DNA of 55,958 bases from a virus (Duplodnaviria; Caudoviricetes), in IMG/VR virus record IMGVR_UViG_3300014720_000044, positions 1 to 55,958 of that record; one strand, given 5' to 3'. The position numbers and the translations under genes are program-made. Under the pieces are notes generated by a model. The model searched no databases, was not told the origin of the DNA, and saw only the letters and a list, made by a program, of their open reading frames with translations. Of this stretch, positions 30,601 to 40,378 are shown one piece after another. Position 1 is the first letter of the stretch; each line of letters starts with the position of its first letter.

Positions 30601-32964
30601 GGAATGAAACAACAAAATACCCAACTAAAGGATCAGAAGAAAGCATTTAATACGTTAGTCAGTTCTGGAGTTAGTGTTAAGAACGCATACGACATGATAT
30701 CTGACGCAACTCTGGCTGCAGCAATTGCCTCTGAAAAAAATAGTAAGTCTGTTGCAAAATTAATTAAATATTATAAAGACCTTCAAAAAGCAAAAGACCT
30801 TGCAGCAGCAAAAGAAAATGTAAAAACAGATATAGAGGCAGAAGAGGCTCGTCAAAAGTTTTTGAAAGAATTCGATACTAGATTAAGTTCTGGAGAATTT
30901 GATAAATTTGGAAAAAGAACCTTTATTGAAGCAGCAGTACTTTTTGATGAAAATCTACAAAAGTTAGCAGAGTCAGGTGGATGGGGCACAAACTTTCAGA
31001 AGAGATTACAGCAAATATTAGACTCTATAGAATTTAAAGAGTCAATGTTTGAAAAAGGCTTCGGTAAAGCCATGGAAAGATTTAGTGTTTTAGAAGAAGC
31101 AATTGAACTTAAGTTTAAGTTCGATTCTGAAGACATAACAAATGCAATTCAGGAGGCTGAAGATAAGATTGCTTCAATCCAATATCAGATTGATGATTGG
31201 GAAGCAGGCTTAACATTAATTCAAGAGCAGGAAGATAAGATTAATGAAAAGTATGATGAAAGAGAGAAGGCTTTAGACTCACTTAAAAACCTCAATAGTG
31301 AAATAAGTAGACAGCAACAAGGTCAATTAACTCTTGCTGGTGCTCTTACACAAGGTGATATTGCTGCTGCTGCTCGTGCTGCTCAAGAGATGCGAGCACA
31401 ACAAGCAGAGAATGCTTTAAACAATCAGGGCAAGACTTTAGAAATTGCAAGAGAAAATGAATTAAAATCAATTACAACTGAGATTAATGGTCTTAAATAT
31501 ACTAGAACAGAAATCGAAGAAATAATCAAGAAGTTACAAAAAGACATATTTAATATTGAAGAAGAAACTTTAGAGCCACAAAGAGAATCTCTAAGACTTC
31601 TTGAAATTAAAAAGAGAGAGCAGATAAAGGGTCTTGTCGTTGCAGGATTAACTAAAGATGAATGGTTAGCAGTAAAGAATAATATTGATCAGGTTAAAAC
31701 ATCTAGTACTGATTATGATAAGGCAATTCAAGCAGCCCTTGATACAGTACAAAGTATTGTAGATTATTGGAAACAATTAGATGGTACATTTACTACTGAA
31801 CATATCATTAAAACAATTTATACATCAGAAGGAGGTTCGCAGGGTGGAAATGGTAACGGTAGTGATGATGTAGTCGTAGATAATGACACAAAAAGTTATA
31901 CCAACGATGATGACAACACAGAATCAGGAACAAAAGAATTCTTTGGCTCAAAGGATGACTCTCCTAGCAGTAACTCTACTAGCAGTAACTCTAATGGCAG
32001 TGGCTCTACTGGAGATGGCCCTAATACTGTAGCAACTGGAAATACCCCTGTAACATCAGCAGCATTAGTAACATTAACAAATTCTGGTATTTTAAATACA
32101 GATTTAATAAATGCTGCAACTCAGGCTCAAAATGAATATAACAAAGCAGTAGCAATATCTTTAAAGCCTGGAACATCTCCAAGTGATTTTGGTGCACAAT
32201 TAGCAGCAGCAGATAAAAAACTAGTTAATATATCAACATTAGCCGAAGAAAAAGATAAATATAATCAAATGGCAAAATCCACTCAAGGATCTACACCAAG
32301 TGACTTTGCTGCAGGTCTGGCAGCACAAGACGCTAAGGTTATAACTGCAATGAATCAAGTTGCAAGCACTCTTGTTGTACCAAAAATTGCAAAGTCTGCA
32401 GATGAAGCAAAAGCAGATGCAGAAAAAGCAGAAAGAGCAAGAGTCGATGCAGCAAAAGCAGCAGCAACAGCAGCAGCAATAAAGGTTGCCACCAGTACTC
32501 CAGCATCAGACAAAGCAAAAGCACAGGCCGATAAAGATGCCAAAGCAGCGGCAAATGCAAAAATTGGAGGCACTCAAAGCGGTGTAGTAGCAAACTTCTT
32601 AAACGAGCGGAAACCACCAACAAAGAAAGCAAGTGGTGGATTAATAAGACCATTATATAGACCGATGGGTGGATTAATACCATATATGAATGATGGAGGA
32701 TATACAAAATTTGTTCCTCTCGGATCTGATACTGTCCCAGCAATGTTGACCCCTGGAGAATTTGTTATGAGTCGATATGCTGTGCAAAACTACGGAGTAG
32801 ATAGAATGAAGGCAATTAATAATGGAGAAATGCCAGATGCTTCAGTGTATAATTATAGTATTGCTGTAAATGTAAGGTCTGATGCAAACCCTGACGAAAT
32901 AGCACGTGCTGTTATGTCTCAGATAAGACAGGTAGACTCTACAAGAATTAGGGGGATTAGATAA
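24694..32964 (+). CDS. Tape measure protein (2756 aa)
   Basis: TP901-type core (GINASEGANALKSGL..L..P, IEQLFG), Ala/Gly-rich helical content, hydrophobic Gly-rich segments, C-terminal DTVPAMLTPGEFV motif. Confidence 0.93.
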   Translation: MADVQSNIHVNIDTSEALASIKLLQKQISAFHASMAKSGAAAAAVSANMQQNLINSLNATGKWSASMRTVKTTTESFTNALEKNKLSMREYFRYSAGATRTFGRFFKSEFDTINKVARERVKDLQTQYIKMGRDANGAMKAIAVRPLALDMKNLGTQTAIAAQRQAMLNQLLKQGSTNMLNFGKNTQWAGRQLMVGFTVPLAYLGTAAAKTFMKLEEQAIRFKRVYGELFTTGQETDKMLAEIQLLAKEFTKYGVAVEKTMEMAATAAASGKMGAELLAQVNEGTRLAVLGGVEQEQALETTISLTNAFGLAAEELAGKINFLNAVENQTVVSIEDLTIAIPKAGPVVKQLGRDVEDLAFFLTAMKEGGINASEGANALKSGLASLINPTDKASKMLAGMGVNINGIVEANKGNVKGIVIDFANALNTLDPLNRARAIEQLFGKFQFSRLSTLFQNVIQQGNQASRVLTLTQATTEELAILAERELGRVEESTTYKFKKAIEDLKVTLAPVGEEFLKAITPVAEFVGKMLEKFNNLGDGTKKFVVILTTLLGGIGPIFLMSFGLLANGLANIIKLFVSMKSVFNRTGQSSTILGNQTQFLTVEQAQAAAVASSLDQVHVKLQQTFTSEAAALNALTQAYQRAITAQRGFGGGIIGKGRKGFASGTKKVKPFYFSRGTDTVPAMLTPGEAVIPAGPAQDPANKPAISHMIAGGTMKQFAVGNINVGGTNYPVQARNRSSVTAIQSIVDQSLGTVDDAIKISLRELVNETRVTVAKFKEQMRLTLASQGKVAGPLFAKSDWETRSRSYNASGAGERRTIQDQLRSDPSKGGRGIVAGQAELDQANAAAKAIKAKMTELGATQKQINAAVQLDRAHVIEMSNSKKKLLAAWHSDVWVAQTGAENNLSNSLKNSEKNRRIYLDVLKKSGATQAEITAITDKVTKGIALTGKELEIQGKVLAKINADIASGQIKATSVSKNFRLYSAAVAEAATARTAVTKSQGPKIVAATKRTEAELRRGIERIALAMPKAAEEVLQVASPSKRMQKVGQESGRGLVLGAKEFVDDARLAGTQLGTAIAQGAMSQSQMAAASRAALYGTGPIDPAQKSLRRQLQKQARLDRIAQKRLFTQSSITGMVAGGAAGGAAGGGGNKGRGGFFGRFRRPTPQDPDGDGIPNQRGIGMGGVGMGLSMAAMAGSMAPGKVGEISQKLMMPLMMLTMIGPMLKSPIGVAVVAIGAMAAAIIKLRMDFDKAQDSAIKLRESMIASRDSMRNLAKFSGKVTAGEIMQRRSQERFGLVGAQSGKTTFGESYVQSKEGKAVMDATVESLKTRGVKSTGEDLSNQLMSSVLAGAITADQAKSIALNIGQKTGNYGLGFSVTAQINELIGPNGENLEKEPLDIRMKLIEQTEKQNKQLFNQLGDRGVGRGGFMNLGAVNPKVALGGTTALGAGIGAAIGTAILPGVGTVIGTGLGAIAGATTGYFATRNENKKAGQMSGAVVASQKGAMEQQQEMLDSLDIYYEKKIKELEVEGKIAEAKALQIKYDQDRNTLVDKGAQLSKDIMTSYGSTRGNVRSAMDTGINKLLTQRFKGTDEIQYLDAAKTLLAGSGLTAEQQYLIKVKMSTGELTPSQQVFLFSNFGDDKETIQRYMDIVTNFSARTGENATRVMNMFTNPDGTPNTKMQAEFITKVSDQTDDAAASKYVNFFAEVANTNGVFDMTAVLNYYLQNPEVASSVQDIIDNIDKNKGKLTLDVMTNFLPENVMGAIDKTYFDKLSQDERMTYLKEIATIVNIPDPVIQADPEFLKWQKEGANYNGVSYSGKSIGEQVAAYRQFQPWKVTQESIQQAATLDPGNNKGPSKGPNASPLDDLVKKLRDVRKNQIKVTEGWAASRKVLDSLFGGKKTIDIFGGIEQDLNRLGAKGNFIELIVGMDPKEYENRKRSLFRFDNKDNIIGLKRDAKTIQEALNSIVLGDFVSGMKQQNTQLKDQKKAFNTLVSSGVSVKNAYDMISDATLAAAIASEKNSKSVAKLIKYYKDLQKAKDLAAAKENVKTDIEAEEARQKFLKEFDTRLSSGEFDKFGKRTFIEAAVLFDENLQKLAESGGWGTNFQKRLQQILDSIEFKESMFEKGFGKAMERFSVLEEAIELKFKFDSEDITNAIQEAEDKIASIQYQIDDWEAGLTLIQEQEDKINEKYDEREKALDSLKNLNSEISRQQQGQLTLAGALTQGDIAAAARAAQEMRAQQAENALNNQGKTLEIARENELKSITTEINGLKYTRTEIEEIIKKLQKDIFNIEEETLEPQRESLRLLEIKKREQIKGLVVAGLTKDEWLAVKNNIDQVKTSSTDYDKAIQAALDTVQSIVDYWKQLDGTFTTEHIIKTIYTSEGGSQGGNGNGSDDVVVDNDTKSYTNDDDNTESGTKEFFGSKDDSPSSNSTSSNSNGSGSTGDGPNTVATGNTPVTSAALVTLTNSGILNTDLINAATQAQNEYNKAVAISLKPGTSPSDFGAQLAAADKKLVNISTLAEEKDKYNQMAKSTQGSTPSDFAAGLAAQDAKVITAMNQVASTLVVPKIAKSADEAKADAEKAERARVDAAKAAATAAAIKVATSTPASDKAKAQADKDAKAAANAKIGGTQSGVVANFLNERKPPTKKASGGLIRPLYRPMGGLIPYMNDGGYTKFVPLGSDTVPAMLTPGEFVMSRYAVQNYGVDRMKAINNGEMPDASVYNYSIAVNVRSDANPDEIARAVMSQIRQVDSTRIRGIR

Positions 32965-33635
32965 TGGCAATAGGTAGTTATATTGCGGGTAGAAAGAAGT
33001 ACTCACGTCCACAGGCTATGCTATGGGCTAACGATCCTGGAACATTAGTAGAGGTAGGAAATCCTCCAAAGAAAATATACGTCCCTGCAGGATTTGAAAT
33101 AGGACAAGATCCTGGGTCAGAAACAGATAAATCTGTCTATGATCAATTCTTGATTTTGTCAGATGATAATAGACAAGAGATAGATTTTAGACCTACAAGA
33201 ATTGAAAGACGTGAGCGTATGATTAATGGAAGAATGAGGTCATACCACATAGCAGATAAACTAACTTTAAGTACTTCTTGGCAAATGCTTGCTTCTAGAT
33301 CTTATGGTTTGTTCCCAGAGTTTAATCCAACAACTGGAAAATCTCCTCACACTCAAAATAACAGTATTGAGTTTACAACCGACGGTGGTGCTGGAGGAGT
33401 AGAAATGCTAAGATGGTATGAAACTCATCAAGGTCCTTTCTGGGTTTACTTGGCATATGACAAATATACAAACTTTAAAAATCTTGACGGGGAGATAGAC
33501 AATGACTCTTATGCACATCTACCGCAATACAACCAATTGATACAAATGTACTTTGCTGACTTTAACTATACAGTTGTTAAAAGAGGCGGAAGTCATGATT
33601 TCTGGAATATTAATATAACGCTGGAAGAGGTATAA
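32964..33635 (+). CDS. Probable distal tail protein
   Basis: Directly after the TMP; RMINGRMRS and terminal ITLEEV pattern. Confidence 0.65.
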   Translation: MAIGSYIAGRKKYSRPQAMLWANDPGTLVEVGNPPKKIYVPAGFEIGQDPGSETDKSVYDQFLILSDDNRQEIDFRPTRIERRERMINGRMRSYHIADKLTLSTSWQMLASRSYGLFPEFNPTTGKSPHTQNNSIEFTTDGGAGGVEMLRWYETHQGPFWVYLAYDKYTNFKNLDGEIDNDSYAHLPQYNQLIQMYFADFNYTVVKRGGSHDFWNINITLEEV

Positions 33636-36600
33636 TGTTTCAGAACGAAGATCTAAAAAAGTATCTTGAAGAATCTGCTACAGTAAAAACACAAACTGCT
33701 GTAATAGCAGAATGGAATATGAATATTGCTAATAATATTTATAAGATAGGTAATTATAGATATCGTCCAACTGCTGAGGCAGGAACCAAGTATAAGATTA
33801 TTCCAAATACCTTCGACATCAACGATGCTGGTTATTTTTATACCAATGCAACAGATGCCGATATTAAGATAGATGGTGGAATAGATCCAGAAGATAATGA
33901 ACAGCCTTGGTTTTTATTAGAGCAAAATAAAAAAAATTCAATGCTATATTCATTAGAAGATTTTTTTAAAAAGTTTAGACCAAGATCTGGAATTAATAAA
34001 GCAGCATATTTTGAAAATAAAAAAATACATTTTTCTAATAAGAATATGTCTAATAGGCCTAGATATTATATGCCAGATAAGAATGATAATTTTAAATACT
34101 GGACATCATTTAGAACAGAAGACGGAATTGTTCGTGGTCAGGCAAATAAAACAATTAACGGTCAATATTTTATAGATGATGCATGTCCTTTTGTTGTTTA
34201 TGAAAATGAAGTTCCAGCAAACCGCATAGTTTTAAAAATGCAAACTAATGTTGGAGACGTAGATCTTGGTCCATTCTCAAACGGAGCAATATCTACTTCA
34301 GATCAATTTTATGGAGATAGCAATCGTACTACTCCAGTTAAATGGAAGGTTCAATATCTTAAAGATAATAGTTGGATAGATATAGTTTCTTTTGATAATA
34401 GTTCTACAAGAAGCGATGGTACTCCTATTATTAAAAGTGATGGATATGTAGAACTAGCCTATGGATTAAAAATTCCAGACAAATATAAAGAAATTTTTAT
34501 AAAAGCAGAAGAATTATTGAGCGAATCATTATTGCCAAAAGAAGCGATACATGGATATGCATATCTTGTTAAAAATAACAACACTGACCTTGGAAAATAT
34601 CATATATGGGTTCAGCCAAATATGTCTGAAGATGGCGAGTGGGAAATCTTTGATCCAGAATACGGATGGTATTTAGAAGAAGCGACCATTACAAGACTAA
34701 CTAATTTTGTAACAGATTTAACAAGCCCACCAGCATATATCTCTGAATCAGACGGTAAAGAATTATATAGAGAGTTTGCAAACATAAAAGGTATTAGGCT
34801 TGTTGTTGATACAATGAATGTTCGTGATTCTGTTTTAGACTTGATTGAGATATCTCCAAGGCTAGTAGCGGATCTTTCTGATAAAGTTACTCTTATTAAT
34901 ATAAAGAAAACTGCTTCGGATTTAGGAACGAGTGGTTTGCCAGTAGGTCAGTTGCTTGCTTCTGTGGGTAGTCTATCGCTGTTTGATTATGATGATGCAT
35001 TTAATGAAAATAATACAGGCAGTATTATTAATAAATATCTTGCTAACAATATTAAAATAAATGTATACGATATTATTATTGATATTAAGTTGAGTGATAA
35101 TAAAAGATACGACTATCTTGTTCCCATTAAAACTTTATACTCTGAAGGATTCCCTAGATATAATCCAACTGATAGAAAGGTTAATTTAGAACTTAGAGAT
35201 TTTTATTTTTATCTAGAGTCAATAAAGGCTCCCGAACTTTTACTTACAAATACATCTTTAAGTTATGCAGTTTCGTTACTGCTTGATTCTATAGGATTTT
35301 CAAACTATACCTTTAAAAGATTAGATTTAGAAAATGAACTTATCATTCCATTTTTCTTTGTTGCTCCAGATAAATCTGTAGCAGAAGTTTTAAATGATTT
35401 GGCAGTATCAAGTCAAACAGCAATGTTCTTTGACGAATATAATAATTTTGTAATGATGAGCAAAAATTATATTTTACCATCTAACAATGAAAGACCAATC
35501 GATGTGACCTTATATGGAACAGATGATTTCATTGAAGATGGCGCTATAGAAAACAAAAATAAAAATCCTAAACTAACTAATATAATTGACATCACTTCTA
35601 GTGACCAAAACGTTTTTAATGATGGTGTAATTTCTTATACATCTAGATATATCCAAAGATCATATGGCACCATAAAGCAGGCAAGCATGATTGATAATTC
35701 TGTGTCTGCGAAAAACTGGATATACAAACCAGTTCTTTTGTGGGAGGTAACTGGAGATCAAAATCTTAGGTCTATAAATGATGACGCTGCAAGTCAGTCT
35801 TCATATAACCTCTCAGCAATACCACTAAACTCAGATTTATCTGCAGATGTTCCAAAAGTTGTTTTTAATACTTTAATAAACAATGTAATCGATTTAGGAG
35901 AAGCAGTATATTGGCTAGGAAGACATGCTGGATATTTTTATGCTAATGGAGAAATAATAAGGTTTGATGCGGTTCAATACAACATTCCTGGCGCTGAAAA
36001 AATAGTTGTAAGCGAAGACAATAATGGAAGGCCATCATATAATACCGAAACTATAGGCTCAATAGGAAATGTTTGGATTAGCAGTAATCAAGAGTATCAA
36101 GAGTATATGTCTAAACTTCCATTTAATGGAAAAATATATCCAACTGGATTAATACGAATATACGCAGAGCCAAAATATGAAGAAAAAGATGGCATAACCA
36201 TTTTAAAAAATGGAGATGTTGCAAGGCATGGAAGAGGACAATTTGGTACCAATATTGTTTCACACTCTGCTGGACTTGACTCTTATTGGTCTAATAATTC
36301 TTATGTCCGTGGATTTGATATGAACTCACAACATCTTTTTGGATTAGTAGAAGGAGATATTTTAACAAACTCTAGCATATCTCTCTTAGGTCTAACTACA
36401 AACTCTGCTGGATCTAATAATGCAAGAGCAACACAAAATGTAAGAACTGGAGTTATTAAAAACTTTTTATCTTCTTCTTATACAAAAGAAGCACAAAACA
36501 ATACAATAAGGCCAACACAGGCTGGCTCTGTTCAGTCTTCAGCACTTGTAATGAATGGACCATCTTTTAGCACAACCGAAAAGTCTATTGATTTTGTTTC

Positions 36601-38062
36601 TTATCAATATAAAAAACTATCCACAAAGTTTAAGCATTTTGGAACCAGGGTAAGAATAATTGGTCGTGTTGAGTCTAGCGAAACAAGAGGTCAGACTCCA
36701 GTCAATGCTACCCCGTATTATGTGCTGTCTGGATCACAACCAAACCAAAACTTAAATATTTCTGGAGGATCTGGGGGACTTGCAGTAATGCTTAATCCAG
36801 ATACTAATGTAGGATATTATTTTGAAATAATAGCATTAACAGAAAAGAATATAAGTGAATATTCCTCCGAATCGGATAATTTACATAATATTATTTTTTA
36901 TAAGATCATGGCAGATTCTACTGGAAAAGCAGTTCCTATAAAATTGTGGGGCGGATTTGGAAATGTTATAGTTGATGATGGAAACTTTACTGGACAATAC
37001 AGAATGACAGGAGAAGAGAATCCAACAGTTTACGATCTTGCGGTAGAATATCAAGATATTGGTTCTATCAGAAGATTCTTTTTATACATAAATAATAAGA
37101 TTGTAAAGATAGTAGATGATTCTAGCCCACTTCCTATATATAATAATATGGCTTTGTTTGTTCGTGCTGGATCTAAGTGTATGTTTGAAAACATATATGC
37201 ATTAGCAAACAACTACAGTCAGAATACATCCTTTGACTTGGGAACACCAGTATCTGCTGCATTTGAAGACGAAGAAATAAATGCCAACGAATCATTTAGA
37301 AAATATGCAATGTCTGGACTGATTCAGTCTACATATCTTTCAGGTATAGACGCCAATCAGCCACCTAGTTTTAATATTTATTTTGATGAATTTGGAACTA
37401 TTATGCGAGAGGCTTCTTACTTTAAGATTAGATATGATAAAGCATATCCAGCACTATACTCTCAACTATCTCCAACATTTAACAGAATAAAAGGATATTC
37501 TGTTGCTGGGTTTAGGCCAGGAGCCTACGGTGCAGAATTTTTAATTTTTAATTCTACAGATACTTCGCTAAACTTAGATGAAACAAGTGGAAATTATTTA
37601 AGAATTCAGGGTGTCGCATTTACTCAACAATCTCAGAATGAATTAACTGTAAATGATTATTTTGCAAAGAATAGTAATTTATCAGATCCTCAAATAGGAA
37701 AAGATGGATTGCTTATATCTCCAAATAGATCTCAACAAGATTATGACAAAATTAAAACAAGCAGATTAACTTATGGCAAAAAAGAATTTTCAATACAGCC
37801 AGCATATATTCAAAAAGAAGATGATGCGAGAGAGTTAATGTCTTGGATGATACAAAAAATAATGAAGCCAAGAAAAAGCGTGGGGGTAAGAGTTTTTAAT
37901 ATGCCTATTATTCAATTGGGAGATATAGTTAATATTAACTATAAGAATGAAGAGGATAGGGATGTGCTCACTTCCTCTGATAAAAGATTTGTAGTGTATA
38001 ATATAGAATATCAAAAGGATGGTAGTGGGCCTAATATGACCCTCTATCTAAGTGAGGTATAA
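33635..38062 (+). CDS. Large minor tail/baseplate hub protein (1475 aa)
   Basis: Position; L..LA...QTAMFFDEY and PIIQLGDIV motifs typical of tail hub proteins. Confidence 0.7.
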   Translation: MFQNEDLKKYLEESATVKTQTAVIAEWNMNIANNIYKIGNYRYRPTAEAGTKYKIIPNTFDINDAGYFYTNATDADIKIDGGIDPEDNEQPWFLLEQNKKNSMLYSLEDFFKKFRPRSGINKAAYFENKKIHFSNKNMSNRPRYYMPDKNDNFKYWTSFRTEDGIVRGQANKTINGQYFIDDACPFVVYENEVPANRIVLKMQTNVGDVDLGPFSNGAISTSDQFYGDSNRTTPVKWKVQYLKDNSWIDIVSFDNSSTRSDGTPIIKSDGYVELAYGLKIPDKYKEIFIKAEELLSESLLPKEAIHGYAYLVKNNNTDLGKYHIWVQPNMSEDGEWEIFDPEYGWYLEEATITRLTNFVTDLTSPPAYISESDGKELYREFANIKGIRLVVDTMNVRDSVLDLIEISPRLVADLSDKVTLINIKKTASDLGTSGLPVGQLLASVGSLSLFDYDDAFNENNTGSIINKYLANNIKINVYDIIIDIKLSDNKRYDYLVPIKTLYSEGFPRYNPTDRKVNLELRDFYFYLESIKAPELLLTNTSLSYAVSLLLDSIGFSNYTFKRLDLENELIIPFFFVAPDKSVAEVLNDLAVSSQTAMFFDEYNNFVMMSKNYILPSNNERPIDVTLYGTDDFIEDGAIENKNKNPKLTNIIDITSSDQNVFNDGVISYTSRYIQRSYGTIKQASMIDNSVSAKNWIYKPVLLWEVTGDQNLRSINDDAASQSSYNLSAIPLNSDLSADVPKVVFNTLINNVIDLGEAVYWLGRHAGYFYANGEIIRFDAVQYNIPGAEKIVVSEDNNGRPSYNTETIGSIGNVWISSNQEYQEYMSKLPFNGKIYPTGLIRIYAEPKYEEKDGITILKNGDVARHGRGQFGTNIVSHSAGLDSYWSNNSYVRGFDMNSQHLFGLVEGDILTNSSISLLGLTTNSAGSNNARATQNVRTGVIKNFLSSSYTKEAQNNTIRPTQAGSVQSSALVMNGPSFSTTEKSIDFVSYQYKKLSTKFKHFGTRVRIIGRVESSETRGQTPVNATPYYVLSGSQPNQNLNISGGSGGLAVMLNPDTNVGYYFEIIALTEKNISEYSSESDNLHNIIFYKIMADSTGKAVPIKLWGGFGNVIVDDGNFTGQYRMTGEENPTVYDLAVEYQDIGSIRRFFLYINNKIVKIVDDSSPLPIYNNMALFVRAGSKCMFENIYALANNYSQNTSFDLGTPVSAAFEDEEINANESFRKYAMSGLIQSTYLSGIDANQPPSFNIYFDEFGTIMREASYFKIRYDKAYPALYSQLSPTFNRIKGYSVAGFRPGAYGAEFLIFNSTDTSLNLDETSGNYLRIQGVAFTQQSQNELTVNDYFAKNSNLSDPQIGKDGLLISPNRSQQDYDKIKTSRLTYGKKEFSIQPAYIQKEDDARELMSWMIQKIMKPRKSVGVRVFNMPIIQLGDIVNINYKNEEDRDVLTSSDKRFVVYNIEYQKDGSGPNMTLYLSEV

Positions 38063-38063
38063 A

Positions 38064-38723
38064 ATGGCAATCCCAAAAATAATAACTGATGGATCATATT
38101 CTGATTACCCTATAGCCTCTATTAATACTACAAGTATCAAATGGACAAAAGAAAAAGAAGACGAATATAGAAAAAATTTTGATAATAAATTAGCCGAATA
38201 TATGAAAGCAATAGAGGCGCTTTCCGCAATCCCTGATACTCCAGAAGGAAAAGATAAACTTCTTAGCAAGGCAGGAGTTGATAATAACGGAGTTAAGGTT
38301 GCTACTCCAGATTTAGTATTGTTTAATGAGGATGGCGTCTCTATAGAGTTAATGACTGACCTCATATTTGAAAATATAGGTGGCCAAGAGTTAATAAACA
38401 TAGTTAGATCAGATTTAGTCAATGGACAAAATGTTATCTACCAACCAATTAAAAATCTTAGCAGCGTATATTTTCAGTATAATCCACAAAATATTTTAGG
38501 ATTACAGGATATTGATTCTAATTATTTTAAACAATTTCCAATTAACTTTAATAACAAGGTCCCAGAATGTTGGACAGGCCCAAATTGCGCTAAAGTGTAT
38601 ATAGATTCAAATGGAGATTTAGTTATTAATGTTATAAATCTTGCAAAAGATGAACAGGTAGAGATATCTATCGTGGCAGATGGCAAGGTACTAGATGGTA
38701 CAATATATGAGGTGAATCCATGA
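38064..38723 (+). CDS. Probable minor tail protein
   Basis: Start moved to ATG 38064 after a GAGGT RBS; synteny. Confidence 0.55.
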   Translation: MAIPKIITDGSYSDYPIASINTTSIKWTKEKEDEYRKNFDNKLAEYMKAIEALSAIPDTPEGKDKLLSKAGVDNNGVKVATPDLVLFNEDGVSIELMTDLIFENIGGQELINIVRSDLVNGQNVIYQPIKNLSSVYFQYNPQNILGLQDIDSNYFKQFPINFNNKVPECWTGPNCAKVYIDSNGDLVINVINLAKDEQVEISIVADGKVLDGTIYEVNP

Positions 38724-39868
38724 TTACTGAAGAAGGAAAAAGAATATTAGCCAAGTACCTTATTGGTCAGGCTCCAGCATATGCATCATATATTGCCGTA
38801 GGCTGTGGGGCAAAGCCATTAGGAACAAATCAGTCTTTCGACTTAAATTCATATAGACAGAAAACAGCCTTAGACTTTGAAATGTTTAGAGTGCCTATTG
38901 TTTCAAGAGGATACGTAAATGAAAATAATGTTGAAAAAATAGTATTAACAGCAGAACTTCCAACAGATGAAAGATATGAAATATCTGAAGTAGGAGTATA
39001 TTCAGCAGGCGCCAACCCATCTGCTGGAGCATATGATAGTAGATCTTTGTTTGCTTTTACTGTTAATGAAAACTGGGAGTATCATGATCAGACTTCCGCC
39101 ACAGCATTGCCTGTAGTATATGAGCCATTAGATGGATCGGCAAATGATAATTCTATCAATCAAACATATTCTGCATTTCAAACCAACTCAGATAATACTG
39201 CTCTTGCCGATGAAAATAGAGTTGCTAGATATGAAAGAGCAAGATTTTTTAATAATATTGTAATGCTAAAGGGAGACTTTTCAGATTTAACTGTAAATGT
39301 AGCAGATGGAAAAGAATATTTAACTCCATCTTTAACATCAAGTCACCTTCATTTATTAGGAACATCTTTAGATTTTAATAAAAATGCTCCTACTGATCAA
39401 ATAAAACTTGCGTTTAGTGTAATAAATAAAAATCCTTCTTCATTAATAGTTCCAGATGCAGTTAGAATTTTAGTAGAATTTTCAGAAACTGATGTAAGTG
39501 GAACTGGCCAATCTGCTACATTTAATGTAATTATGAATAATGGAACTAGCACAGGAGAATATGATTTTTCAACTAATAGATATTATGTTATAACAAAAGA
39601 ATTGCAAGAACTTAAGAAAACAACAGGCTTTACTTGGAACAATGTTAGCATTATTAAAATTTATGCATCAGTATTGGATGGAACTTCTCCCTCTTCAGAT
39701 TTTTATGTTGGGCTAGATGCTATTAGATTTGAAAATGTATCAACAACAAATCCAGTATATGGCTTAACTGGTTATACTGTTTTAAAAAATACGAACGCAG
39801 AAACAGTTGTAAAAGAAGCAAACACTACAAACTATATAGAGTTTAGATTTGCTATGGATGTTCAATAA
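38720..39868 (+). CDS. Probable minor tail/baseplate protein
   Basis: MITxxGKxILAKYL, IAVGCG, L-FE-FR and ISEVGVYS motifs typical of baseplate/fibre-attachment proteins. Confidence 0.65.
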   Translation: MITEEGKRILAKYLIGQAPAYASYIAVGCGAKPLGTNQSFDLNSYRQKTALDFEMFRVPIVSRGYVNENNVEKIVLTAELPTDERYEISEVGVYSAGANPSAGAYDSRSLFAFTVNENWEYHDQTSATALPVVYEPLDGSANDNSINQTYSAFQTNSDNTALADENRVARYERARFFNNIVMLKGDFSDLTVNVADGKEYLTPSLTSSHLHLLGTSLDFNKNAPTDQIKLAFSVINKNPSSLIVPDAVRILVEFSETDVSGTGQSATFNVIMNNGTSTGEYDFSTNRYYVITKELQELKKTTGFTWNNVSIIKIYASVLDGTSPSSDFYVGLDAIRFENVSTTNPVYGLTGYTVLKNTNAETVVKEANTTNYIEFRFAMDVQ

Positions 39869-40362
39869 TGACAACGCCAGATCAGGGAATAAAGAAAGTA
39901 ATTATTCCAAAATCAGAATTGCCAGGATTTTTAGCCAAGAAGTACGAAGACGAGAATGGTAATCTTGTAGAGATAACTCAATATATATTAAGATATAGAT
40001 TCATATCAGAAGATAAAAATAGAACCTCTCATTGGTCTCCTTCGTATAGAATTAGTTCTGAGGATACGCCTCAAGAAATTTTAAATAGTATGGTTATAGA
40101 TACAAGCAATAGGGTAGTAAGTTTAACATGGCAGCCACAACCCAGCGTTTCTGGCTATTATATTTATGTTTGCTGGAATAATAATTTAAATGGGAACGGA
40201 GATCCAGATTGGCAATATTATGCTACAACTACTTCTCCAAGTTATTCTATAGTATACCCAATTGACAAAATACATATAAAGGTTGCAGTACAAGTAAGTA
40301 CCATACCTTTAGAAAGATTCAGTTCTGCCACCTTGTTTGAAAACCAGGGCAGTCTGGTATAA
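39868..40362 (+). CDS. Hypothetical tail protein, FN3-like
   Basis: VSLTWQP...GYYIYV pattern. Confidence 0.55.
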   Translation: MTTPDQGIKKVIIPKSELPGFLAKKYEDENGNLVEITQYILRYRFISEDKNRTSHWSPSYRISSEDTPQEILNSMVIDTSNRVVSLTWQPQPSVSGYYIYVCWNNNLNGNGDPDWQYYATTTSPSYSIVYPIDKIHIKVAVQVSTIPLERFSSATLFENQGSLV

Positions 40363-40378
40363 TGGTATAGGAGGAAAT

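Noticed and set aside
31830-32040. Ser/Asn/Gly/Asp-rich stretch with a short direct repeat in the TMP
   Set aside because: Best explained as a low-complexity linker.
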